The position numbers and the translations under genes are program-made. DNA of 64,000 nucleotides from the human T2T-CHM13v2.0 reference genome, Homo sapiens. The notes beneath the pieces were generated by a model. It was not told the origin of the DNA. It saw only the letters and a list, made by a program, of their open reading frames with translations, and searched no databases. Of the stretch, positions 49,255-64,000 are shown piece by piece; positions within the stretch are counted from its first letter, which is position 1, and each line of letters begins with the position of its first letter. The DNA is taken from assembly GCF_009914755.1 (NCBI RefSeq), contig NC_060943.1. The stretch is one strand, 5' to 3'.

Positions 49255-50304
49255 AACTCCTTCAATTATACCACCCCTGATTATGGGCACTATGATGACA
49301 AGGATACCCTGGACCTCAACACCCCTGTGGATAAAACTTCTAACACGCTGCGTGTTCCAGACATCCTGGCCTTGGTCATCTTTGCAGTCGTCTTCCTGGT
49401 GGGAGTGCTGGGCAATGCCCTGGTGGTCTGGGTGACGGCATTCGAGGCCAAGCGGACCATCAATGCCATCTGGTTCCTCAACTTGGCGGTAGCCGACTTC
49501 CTCTCCTGCCTGGCGCTGCCCATCTTGTTCACGTCCATTGTACAGCATCACCACTGGCCCTTTGGCGGGGCCGCCTGCAGCATCCTGCCCTCCCTCATCC
49601 TGCTCAACATGTACGCCAGCATCCTGCTCCTGGCCACCATCAGCGCCGACCGCTTTCTGCTGGTGTTTAAACCCATCTGGTGCCAGAACTTCCGAGGGGC
49701 CGGCTTGGCCTGGATCGCCTGTGCCGTGGCTTGGGGTTTAGCCCTGCTGCTGACCATACCCTCCTTCCTGTACCGGGTGGTCCGGGAGGAGTACTTTCCA
49801 CCAAAGGTGTTGTGTGGCGTGGACTACAGCCACGACAAACGGCGGGAGCGAGCCGTGGCCATCGTCCGGCTGGTCCTGGGCTTCCTGTGGCCTCTACTCA
49901 CGCTCACGATTTGTTACACTTTCATCCTGCTCCGGACGTGGAGCCGCAGGGCCACGCGGTCCACCAAGACACTCAAGGTGGTGGTGGCAGTGGTGGCCAG
50001 TTTCTTTATCTTCTGGTTGCCCTACCAGGTGACGGGGATAATGATGTCCTTCCTGGAGCCATCGTCACCCACCTTCCTGCTGCTGAATAAGCTGGACTCC
50101 CTGTGTGTCTCCTTTGCCTACATCAACTGCTGCATCAACCCCATCATCTACGTGGTGGCCGGCCAGGGCTTCCAGGGCCGACTGCGGAAATCCCTCCCCA
50201 GCCTCCTCCGGAACGTGTTGACTGAAGAGTCCGTGGTTAGGGAGAGCAAGTCATTCACGCGCTCCACAGTGGACACTATGGCCCAGAAGACCCAGGCAGT
50301 GTAG
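49255..50304 (+). CDS. C5AR1: Complement C5a receptor 1 (CD88), exon 2; class A GPCR
   Basis: Acceptor CCCCTTAG at 49254. Reads [19 protein letters not shown]..., with GN in TM1, LAVAD, DRF, FWLPY, NPIIY and the C-tail ...MAQKTQAV*; 3+1050 nt = 350 aa plus stop. Confidence 0.99.
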   Translation, partial: NSFNYTTPDYGHYDDKDTLDLNTPVDKTSNTLRVPDILALVIFAVVFLVGVLGNALVVWVTAFEAKRTINAIWFLNLAVADFLSCLALPILFTSIVQHHHWPFGGAACSILPSLILLNMYASILLLATISADRFLLVFKPIWCQNFRGAGLAWIACAVAWGLALLLTIPSFLYRVVREEYFPPKVLCGVDYSHDKRRERAVAIVRLVLGFLWPLLTLTICYTFILLRTWSRRATRSTKTLKVVVAVVASFFIFWLPYQVTGIMMSFLEPSSPTFLLLNKLDSLCVSFAYINCCINPIIYVVAGQGFQGRLRKSLPSLLRNVLTEESVVRESKSFTRSTVDTMAQKTQAV

Positions 50305-50785
50305 GCGACAGCCTCATGGGCCACTGTGGCCCGATGTCCCCTTCCTTCCCGGCCATTCTCCCTCTTGTTTTCACTTCACTTTTCGTGGGATGGTGTTACC
50401 TTAGCTAACTAACTCTCCTCCATGTTGCCTGTCTTTCCCAGACTTGTCCCTCCTTTTCCAGCGGGACTCTTCTCATCCTTCCTCATTTGCAAGGTGAACA
50501 CTTCCTTCTAGGGAGCACCCTCCCACCCCCCACCCCCCCCCACACACCATCTTTCCATCCCAGGCTTTTGAAAAACAAACAGAAACCCGTGTATCTGGGA
50601 TATTTCCATATGGCAATAGGTGTGAACAGGGAACTCAGAATACAGACAAGTAGAAAGATTCTCGCTTAAAAAAATGTATTTATTTTATGGCAAGTTGGAA
50701 AATATGTAACTGGAATCTCAAAAGTTCTTTGGGACAAAACAGAAGTCCATGGAGTTATCTAAGCTCTTGTAAGTGAGTTAATTTA

Positions 50786-51171
<386 letters not shown>

Positions 51172-51519
51172 TCATTGCAAACTCAACACAATTGTAAGTA
51201 ATGATACAGAGGGATCTTGTGTACCCTTCACCCAGCCTCCCCCAATGGCAACATCTTGCAAAACTACAATGTAGTCTCATAACCAGGATATTGACATTGA
51301 TACAGTGAAGATACAGGACATTCTCATCACCACAGGGATCCCCAGGATGCCCACTTCCCTCCACCCCCACACCCCAGCCGTGTCCCTAACCCCTGGCAAC
51401 CAGGAATCCACTCTCCATTTCTATAATGTTGTCATTTCAAGAATGTTATTCAATGGAATCATATAGTATGTAACCTGTTTTGAGCTTAAAAAAAAAGTAT
51501 ACATGACTTTAATGAGGAA

Positions 51520-51525
51520 AATAAA
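51520..51525 (+). terminator. C5AR1: C5AR1 polyadenylation signal AATAAA
   Basis: First AATAAA I found after the stop, followed by GU-rich TGTTGTGTTATTT. Confidence 0.85.
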
Positions 51526-51577
51526 AATGAATATTGAAATGTTGTGTTATTTCTAGTGAATAATTGACTTTGCAGTA

Positions 51578-51931
51578 GGTATTAGTCGATTTTCACACTG
51601 CTGATAAAGACATACCCAAGACTGGGAAGAAAAAAGAGATTTAATTGGACTTACAGTTCCACATTGCTGGGGAGGTCTCACAGTCATGGCAGGAGGCAAA
51701 GGCACTACTTACATGGTAGTGGCAAGAGAAAATGAGGAAGAAGCAAAAGTGGAAACTACTGTGAAACCCATCAGATCTTGTGAGACTTATTAACTATCAC
51801 AAGAATAGCAAGGGAAAGACCGGACCCCATGATTCAATTATCTCCCCCTGGGTCCCTCCCACAACACATGGGAATTCTGAGAGATACAATTCAAATTGAG
51901 ATTTGGGTGGGGAGACAGCCAAACCATATCA
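51578..51931 (-). mobile_element. THE1 (probably THE1C) solo LTR
   Basis: GTATTAGTC...GCTGATAAAGACATACCC...CAGCCAAACCATATCA; about 354 bp; degenerate 5-bp TSD CAGTA/CAATA. Confidence 0.85.
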
Positions 51932-52171
51932 CAATATTTCTGCTTTGATTGTGTAGTGTGCATGTGCATGGATTATCTAGAAATAGCGTGCAGACCAGCC
52001 AGCTGTGGTGGCTCATGCCTGTAATCCCAGCACTTTGGGAGGCTGAGGCAGGCAGATCACCTGAGGTCAGGAGTTTGAGACCAGCCTGGCCAACATGGTG
52101 AAACCCCATCTCTACTAAAAATACCAAAATTAGCTGGTGTGTTGGTGCACACCTGTAATCTAAGCTACTTA

Positions 52172-52513
<342 letters not shown>

Positions 52514-54319
52514 TCAAAAAAATTAGTCTGAGCATGGGGGCTCATGCTTGAAATCCCAGCACTTTGGGAGGCTGAGCTGGGCAGATCACAAAGCCAGGAG
52601 TTCGAAATCAGCTTGGCCAACATGGCGAAACCCCATCTCTACTAAAAACACAAAAATTAGCCGGACATGATGATGCACGTCTGTAATCCCAGGTACTCAG
52701 GAAGCTAAGGCATGAGAATCACTTGAACCCGGGAGGCAGAGGTTGCAGTGAGCTATGATTGTGGCTCGGCACTCTAGCCTGGGCGACAGAGTGAGACTCT
52801 CTCAGAAAAAAAAAAATTTTTTTTTTTAACGAAAAAATTAGCCGGTGTGGTTGGTAGTGCCTGTGGTCCCAGCTACTCGGGATGCCGAGGCTGGAGGATC
52901 GCTTGAGCATAGGAGTTTGAGGCTGCAGTGAGTTGTGATGCTGCACTCCAGCTTGGGTGACAGAGCAAGACCCTGTCTCCAAACAAACAAACAAACAAAC
53001 AAAAAATTGCCTGAGTGTCTCGATGGACAGATGCTGCAGTCTCTTGAGCTTGCAGAAGTGGCTGTGAGTGGTGTCTGTGCCTGCTTGAGAGTAGACGTTG
53101 GTACCTGGGACAAGATCCTCTCTGTAACTTGTGCTCATTAGTGCAGATTCCCCAGGCATCGAGGTCACGGGGAAGGACCTGAGCCCCAGCCGCCTTCAGC
53201 TCCTGGGGGTGGGCTCCCGGCAGCTCCCTCCTCAAGAAGACAACACCAGCCTCCTGGCCTCCTGGCCTTCTCCCACCTGCTCCGGTCTCTTCCATGGCTG
53301 CCCCTGACCTGGCTAGTTTCCCTCTGCCTCTTTGCTGGACCTTTCTCCGCGTCCTTTGCAGAGTTTTTTCCTCTTCGACGTTGGCGTTCCTCAGCTGTGT
53401 GTCCACCTCATTTGGTGCGCTCACTCCTGCAGCTTCATCCAATATCTTCAGCATCTCTCTTCCACACTGGGCCTCCCCACCCCCTTCCCACAGCCAGACT
53501 GACCTCAGCAGTCTCCCCGGAACCTCTTCCTCCCCTTCCCTCCCGACTCCAGAGACAACCCCGCGGTGCACCCAGTCACCCAGGCCTGAGCCTGGGGCCC
53601 ATCCTGGATGCTACCTCCTTCCCGCCCCACGCCCTGCCTGGCCCATGCCCTCCATCCTCTCCCATTTGGCTCTCTGCCTTGCCCCTTCCCTGATTTCCTG
53701 GCTGTCCAGTCTGTTTTTCCCAGACCATCCCTGCCTCTATTCTGCCTTCCTTCAGGGGTTACCTCCTCCAGGAATACCTCCCTGACTTCCTCCTCTGCCT
53801 CCCCAACCCCTACATTCTATCTCTATTCCCAGTCATCCTGTAGCTTTCCTGGCTTCGGGAGTTGCAGGCAGTGGGTATTTTCTACCCACCCTGATTTGGG
53901 AAGGAGATAGTGTCCCAAAAGCTGGGAGGCCAAAGAGTAGGAGTCGGAGGCCAAGGAGTGGGATCCAGGTAGTCTTTCCAAGGCAGCCCCCATCTGGTGT
54001 TGACCTGCTCTGCCCAGTATGGAAGTGGGCTGAAGGGGCAGACAATTGCCAAATCTGTAGCTTGGGGAATCTGCTGGGTCAACAAGTTCCGAAGGGGAAG
54101 TGGTAGGGAAGGGAAGTGGATGATGGGCTTGGCTGAGTCAGGCTGTGTCCCCTTTCCGGCACCCACCCCCACTCCCTGCAGCCCTGGGATCTTATTCACG
54201 CATCTACTCTGCAGACCAGGATGCCTCTAAGTCCTGAAGCCAAAGCCTTCTCCTCTTTATCTGTGCCACGTGACCGTCCTGAACCTCACACCTCTCAGAG
54301 CCAGGAAGGCATTTCTCTA

Positions 54320-54634
<315 letters not shown>

Positions 54635-55483
54635 CTAAATAAATAAATAAATAAAATAAAATAAAAGAGAAAGTAATAGACTGTGAGCCAGGAGGCAGGA
54701 GGATCGCTTGAGCCCAGGAGTTTAAGACCAGCCTGGGCAACATAGGGAGACCCTGTCTCTACAAAAAATAAAAACAAACAAATGAAATAACTGGGTGTGC
54801 AGGTATGCACCTGTAGTCCCAGTTACTCAGGAGGCTCAGGTGGGAGAATTGTTTGAGCTCAGGAGAGACTGAGGCTGTAGTGAGCCAAGATCGCACCACT
54901 GCACTCCAGCCTCGGTGACAGAGTAAGACCCTGTCTCAAAAAAAAAAAAAAAAAAAGAAATAGAATGATATTTATATTTTCCCACAGGCAAGCAACAGAC
55001 AAAAAGAAACAAAAAGAATCAGGTAAAATTAATTTTGATAATACATTTTATTTAACACAATATATTTAAGGAGTATCATTTTAACATGTGTTCAATAGAA
55101 ACAAATTCTTGAGACTTCATATTCTGTTTTTTTTGGTACTGTGTTTTCAAAATCTGGTGTGTATTTTCCACTCACAGCACTTCTTATCTCGGACCCGAAG
55201 ACATTTCAAGTGGTCCGTAGTCTCTTGTGGCTGGTGGCTGCAGTGTTGGACTGCTCAGGGCCAGACTTCCTTGACTAATGTATAGAGCGTCTACAGAATT
55301 TGAACATCTAACTGTTGGAGCCGTGCTTCTAACCCTCCGAGGTTCTGGTATGATATTCTAGGATCCTGTGATTCAAATAGCCTGTAACTCACATTGTAGG
55401 ATCTGTTAGGTTCAATAGTCTATGATTCCAACATTTTAAGAGTCTGTGATTCCAATATTCTAGTCTCCAGAGTCTTTGATTGA

Positions 55484-55769
<286 letters not shown>

Positions 55770-56164
55770 TAGCTGGGATTACAGGTGACCGCCCCACACC
55801 CAGCTAATTTTGTATTTTTAGTAGATACGGTGTTTCACCATGTTGGCCAGGATGGTCTCAATCTCTTGACCTCGTGATCCACCCACCTCGGCCTTCCAAA
55901 GTGTTGAGATTACAGGCGTGAGCCACCGTGCCCGGCCGTGACTGTGTTTTATGACTCTCATATATGTTAAGACATTCTCTCCTATGCATCAAATATCACA
56001 TAAATATTGTTTCATATTATATTGTTCAAAAGAGAAAAAGTCTATGGTCCTCCCCATCTTAGTCACTCATCCTTTTAAGCCCTGTAATTCCATTAGATTG
56101 AACCCTATGAAATTGCCAAGATTCAGTCCTTTTGGGGTGGGATGTGTGTGTAACAATTTATTTA

Positions 56165-56546
<382 letters not shown>

Positions 56547-57145
56547 TTAGCTGGGCGTAGTGGCGCGTGCCTGTAGTCCCAGCTACTCAGGAGGCTGAGG
56601 CAGGAGAATCGCTTGGACACAGCAGGCAGGTGGAGGTTGCAATGAGCCAAGATGGAGCCACTGCCCTCCAGCCTGGTGACAGAGCAAGACTCTGTCTAAA
56701 AACAAAAACAAAAACAAAAACAAAAAAAAACGAGTAAAAGAAAAATTGTAGTAAAATGCACATAACATAAAATTTACCATTAGTGGCATTTCTTGCATTT
56801 GCAGTGTTGTGCATCCATCACCGCTATCTTGTTCCAGAACATTCTCATCACCCCAAAAGGAAACCCAGTACCCATTAAGCAGTCACTCCCCATTCTTTGC
56901 CTTCAACCCCTGGCGACCACCCAGGTACATTCTAACTCTACAGATTTGCTGAAATTTGACCTTGTGGCCTGACATGGTATCTCATGTCTGTAATCTCAGC
57001 ACTTTTGGAGGCCAAAGTGGGAGGACTGTTTGAGGCCAGGAGTTCAAGACCAGCCTGGGCAACATAGTGAGACCCCTGTCTCTTTTGGAAAAAAAAAAAA
57101 AAAAAAGAAAGAAAAATAAAAAGAAATTCAACCTTTTTGACCTAG

Positions 57146-57370
<225 letters not shown>

Positions 57371-58037
57371 TAGCCAGGATGGTCTCGATCTCCTGACCTC
57401 GTAATCCACCTGCCTCGGCCTCCCAAAGTGCTGGGATTACAGGCGTGAGCCACCGCGCCCGGCTGAAAAATGATAATTTCATATGGATTGACTTAAGAAC
57501 CTTTTAGGATGGTTGGGTGTGGTGGCTAATACCTGTAATCCCAGCACTTTCGGAGGCTGAAGCAGGTGGATTATTTGAGGTCAGGAGTTTGAGACAACCC
57601 TGGCCAACATGGTGAAACCCCGTTTCTACTAAAAATACAAAAATTAGCTGGGTATGGTGGCAGGTGCCTGTAATCCCAGCTACTCAGGAGGCTGAGGCTG
57701 GAGAATTGCTTGAACCTGGGAGGCAGAGGGTATAGTGAGCCAAGATCACACCACTGCACTCGAGCCTGGGCGACATAGCAAGACTCTGTCTCAAAAAAAA
57801 AAAAAAAGAAAAGAGAAAGAAAAAGAAAAAAAGAAGCAAAAAAAATCCTTGTAGGATGTTCTCATTCAAAATTTCTCCCAGGAGGAAATGGCTGGTGAGT
57901 TGAGGGGGTAGTGCTCGGCTTTTCACAGGGTGGCTGAGAGAGAATCCCCTGCACGTACACACTGGCCCCCCTCCTGCCTTCCGAGGCCTGTAGAGACCCT
58001 GTTCTTGGCCCATAGCAACCCCCAGACCTCCAAGTGA

Positions 58038-58738
<701 letters not shown>

Positions 58739-59546
58739 TAAAATTTTAAATTATTTTTTCGAGTCAGGGCCTTTCTCTGTTGCTCAGGCTGGAGTGCAGT
58801 GGTGCATTCACAGTTCACTGCAGCCTTGAGCTCTTGGGCTCAAGCGATCCTCCCTCCTCAGCCTCCACCTCCCACTTCAGCCTCCAGAGTAGCAGGACTA
58901 CAGGCTCGCTCCAACACTCCTGGCTAATTAAAACAAATTTTGGGGGGCAGATGCTGTGGCTAGCACACGTAATCACAGCACTTTGGAAGGCCAATGTGGG
59001 AGGATTGCTCGAGCCTAGGAATTGGAGGCAAGACTAGGCAACAGAGACAGACCCCATCTCTACAAAAAGTTTTTTAAAAAATTAGCTGGGTGTGGTGGCT
59101 TGAGCCTGTAGTCCCAACTACTTTGGGGGCTGAGGTGGGAGGACTGCTTGAACCCAGGAGGTCAAGGCTGCGGTGAGCTGTGATCACACCACTGCACTCC
59201 AATCTGGGTGAAGAGTGAGACCCTGGATTAAAAAAATATATATTTTTCCCCCAGAGACAGCATCTCACTATGTTGGTCAGGCTGGTCTCAAAATCCTAGC
59301 CTCAAGCAGTCCTCACACCTCGGCCTCCTAAAGTGTGGAGATTAGAGGTGTGAGCCATCCTGCCTGGCTGCAATTCTAAGAAATGTATGTTGAAAAACTT
59401 AGTGGATGTATCAGGAGTTTATCAAGATGAAGCATCTGAGGAACAGACCATCGTTAACTTTTCAAGTTAAAGCAAGTTTGAGCTCCCGGGCGTGGTGGCT
59501 CATGCCTGTAATCCCAGCACTTTGGGAGCCCGAGGTGGGCAGATCA

Positions 59547-60015
<469 letters not shown>

Positions 60016-60307
60016 TCAGGGAAACAGAGTGGAGGAAGCCCTGGGTCAAACAGTGAGTCCCAGCTCCTTGTCTCACGAACAACTTCCTCTAGCAAAGTGA
60101 TTTCATTCTCTAAAACAATAACAAAAGAAGTGTGTAAATATATCCCTTGAATCCCTAAAGCACGCACAAAAAAAGCACAAACAGAAAGAACTGCTGAATA
60201 AAGAGGTTCCAAAGTTGGGGTTGGAGCCACTTCCTCTTGCTAAGCCTGCGTGGTATGTGTACTTTAAGAATTCACGTTACAGTCTTGTTGCTGTTGCGTG
60301 AGCCTAG

Positions 60308-60694
<387 letters not shown>

Positions 60695-61544
60695 TGAGGA
60701 AGTTGAGGTTCAGAGGGGCTGAGGCCCTGAACTTTGATGAGGGTGTGTCGACCTGGAATATGAATCTCATCATTCTGGCCCTTGAGTTCTTGTTCTCAGC
60801 CACTGTGATATGCTGGAAGAGGTTAAGAATTGCTATCACGGCTGTGGCTCACTTCTGTAATCCCAGCCCTTTGGGAGGTCGAGGTGTGAGGATGGCTTGA
60901 GGCTGGGCAACACAGCAAGGCCGCACCTCTACAGAAAATTTTAAAAAATTAGCCAGGTATGTTGGTGCATGCCTGTAGTCCTAGCTACTCAGGAGGCTGA
61001 GGTGGGAGGATCACTTGAGCCTAGGAGTTTGAGGCTGCAGTGAGGCATAATGTTGTCACTGCACGCCAGTCTGAGCGACAGAGCAAGACTCCATCTCTAA
61101 AAAAAGTAAAGCATCGCTATGGCCAACAACATCTTCCCATTCTACAGATGGAAAATTGAGGCCCAAGAAAGGAGTTGTTTGTGCTTTTTCTACCACTGAG
61201 GCGTTGGGCCCTGCGCTCAGCTGCTGTGGTCTTTTTGTGGAGAATGTGACCCCAGGCTGTCTTCCTCAGAGCCGAGGAGGAGGGAGGGATGTTTGTCTGT
61301 CCTGAGGCTGCAGAAGGGAGGGGTTGAACACAGTTAGAGGCCTGGAGGTGGCTGGGGGCAGCTGGCATGTTGTGGGCAAACAGAATCCAGGCCAAGACCT
61401 CTAAGGCGTTAAAGAGCAAACCGCATGCAGGTCTGGCTTCCAGGAAGGTGGGACTTCAAGACTAGGGTTGGGGACTTGGGATCAGCCCTCCACCCAACCG
61501 AGCCCTCTCCTGCCCTGCCAGCCACCCCGTAATTTTGGGTTCTG

Positions 61545-61622
61545 TGAGTCACGGGAAGAAGACAGGACAAACACACCCTGAGAGCGAGACAAGGCCACTC
61601 CTATTTTGTACTGCTTATAAAG
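61545..61622 (+). promoter_or_regulatory. C5AR2: Probable C5AR2 core promoter (AP-1 site plus TATA box)
   Basis: TGAGTCA at 61545-61551 and TATAAA at 61616-61621 in unique sequence. Gene identity is inferred from the known tandem order C5AR1-C5AR2. Confidence 0.65.
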
Positions 61623-61647
61623 ATTCACTGGGACTGGTGAGGTGGCA

Positions 61648-61818
61648 GTGCTCAGCAGCATCCGACAGGAGCCCTGGCAAACAGGACGGATTTCCAGGAC
61701 TCTACCAGCTGCCAGACACGGCAGGGAGAGACCCCAGACCTCCTGGGTCCTGGCTGTGGGCCCGGATTGGGCTCCCAAGTGGCGTTTGACTCACGTGGGG
61801 ACACTCTTGGAAGAGACG
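61648..61818 (+). other. C5AR2: Probable non-coding first exon of C5AR2 (start approximate; coding exon lies beyond the window)
   Basis: Begins about 30 nt after the TATA box, contains no ATG and ends at donor ACG|GTAAGG (61819). Confidence 0.6.
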
Positions 61819-62439
61819 GTAAGGATGGAGGCTACAAGGGCGGGAAGGAGGGAGAGAGAGATTGCATGATCTTGGCTTCTCGGAATCATTACTTTCAGAA
61901 TCTGGGAAGCAGAACTAGAGTTTGAGAAGTGCAGTCTTATTACAGCCACACTGGAACGCACGTCACAGTCCTGGGCTCTTGAATTAACTTGGGCAGCCCA
62001 GCAGCAAAGCTCTTGTCAAAGGATCTAAGCATTTTTTTTCTTTCTCTTTTTGGAGACAGGTTTTCATTCTTGTTGCCCAGGCTGGAGTGCAATGGTGCCA
62101 TCTCGGCTCACCGCAACCTCCACCTCCCAGGTTCAAGGGATTCTCTTGTCTCAGCTGGGATTACAAGCGCATGCCACCATGCCTGGCTAATTTTGTATTT
62201 TTAGTAGAGATGGGGTTTCTCCATGTTGGTCAGGCTGGTCTCGAACTCCCGACCTCAGGTGATCTGTCCGCCTTGGCCTCCCAAAGTGCTGGGATTACAG
62301 GCTTGAGCCACTGTGCCCTGCCCAAATGGTTTTTCACACACAGATGTATGGGAAACAGCCTCTCTCAAACCTGCAGGAATTCCTGCAGCTTTCGGCAGAT
62401 CCACCAAACTGTAGCATGTGTAGCAAGCAAGCCCTTTAA

Positions 62440-62601
<162 letters not shown>

Positions 62602-62636
62602 TAGCTGGGATTACAGGTGCACGCCACCACACCTAG

Positions 62637-62837
<201 letters not shown>

Positions 62838-63002
62838 TAGAATATTCCACAGGGTGAACACCCCATGATGTGTTTATCCATTCTGCTGTGGGTGGCTATT
62901 TGGACGGTTTCTCATCTTGGGCTGCTGTGAACATTCTGGCACATGTATTCTGGTGAGCATATGTGTTCTTTTGCGGAAAGGAGGCTGATTGCTGGGTCGT
63001 GA

Positions 63003-63284
<282 letters not shown>

Positions 63285-64000
63285 TGATCCACCTGCCTGG
63301 GCCTCCCAAAGTGCCGGGGATTACAGGTGTGAGCCACTGCGCCCGGCCAGCCTTCTTTGATTCTGCTCCAGGGTTTTCCAGAGCAGAGAACCCAGCAAGA
63401 CTGGATGCACAGACAGGCGTGCACCAAGAGGCACACGTGAGGGTGCTTGCAATCACAACAAAAGAAACCTAAGTGACCACTTAGTCTCTCTGTGCCTCAG
63501 TTTACTCTTTTATCCTTTCACTTACCAAATATCGACCATGCCTGTGCTGTGTGCCAGGTTCTGTCCCAGATGCCAGGGACACAGCGGCACCCGAGGCTGG
63601 AAGGAGCTGATGTTGTGGGATATGAGGATGATAATATTGACCTCAAGGGTTTGTGTTGAGGGTTATATCTTGTAGGTCATAGGTGCTCAATAAAAGCCAT
63701 CTATTATTTTAATTATTATGAAATAATAAGAAGGGTACCTATGATTTAAAAGCTAGATATAAGTACAGACGCTCTTTGACTTACAATGGGGTCCCATCTC
63801 TATCAACCCATCGTAAGGCTGGGCACAGTGGCTCACGCCTGTAATGGCAGCACTTTTGGGAGGCTGAGGTGGGAGGATTTCTTGAGCCCAGGAGTTTGAG
63901 ATCAGCCTGGGCAACAGAGTAAGGGCTGTCCATACAGAAAAAAAAAAAAAAAAATTAGCTGGGCATGATGGCGTGCACCCGTAGTCCCAGCTACTCCAGA

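Noticed and set aside
49144-50090. Antisense and alternative-frame ORFs over C5AR1
   Set aside because: Expected by-product of GC3-rich codon usage; no promoter or splice support seen.
49327-50304. ORF-track 325-aa version of C5AR1
   Set aside because: It starts at an internal GTG; the real protein starts at the exon 1 ATG (39368) spliced to 49255.
53294-53470. Plus-strand peptide LCWTFLRV...SSTLAFLSCV resembling GPCR TM5/TM7 (a possible third C5aR remnant)
   Set aside because: Only a few residues match, the spacing is wrong and there is no NPxxY or DRY-like motif; not supportable without a profile search.

Overview
Human (or very closely related primate) genomic DNA that I recognise as the chr19q13.32 CCDC9-INAFM1-C5AR1-C5AR2 interval, with all genes on the + strand. 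It holds the last coding exons of CCDC9 (to 1006), a CpG island with the intronless INAFM1 ORF (4234-4662), about 34 kb of very Alu-dense intergenic DNA, and the complete C5AR1 gene (ATG-only exon 1 at 39368-39370, exon 2 CDS 49255-50304, 350 aa). The probable TATA promoter and first non-coding exon of C5AR2 lie at about 61545-61818. Most ORFs in the supplied track are Alu or microsatellite artefacts. There is no CRISPR array, tRNA or rRNA. The most interesting signal is an in-frame cascade of extra CCDC9 3' exons (977>1381-1473>2669, optionally 2718>3278). It gives three alternative C-termini: one carries an RVxF motif that a splice donor cuts in half, and one has no poly(A) hexamer until that of INAFM1, so it could be a bicistronic CCDC9-INAFM1 mRNA. 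A (GT)19(GC)8 tract sits beside the deciding donor. Other notable items: a solo LTR7 inside an Alu, a half AluYb8 nested in an older Alu 4 kb upstream of C5AR1, a near-perfect 103-bp tandem duplication, convergent CTCF motifs and an RFX/octamer-bearing LTR. Gene and repeat names come from recognition, not database searches, and some of the isoforms may already be annotated.
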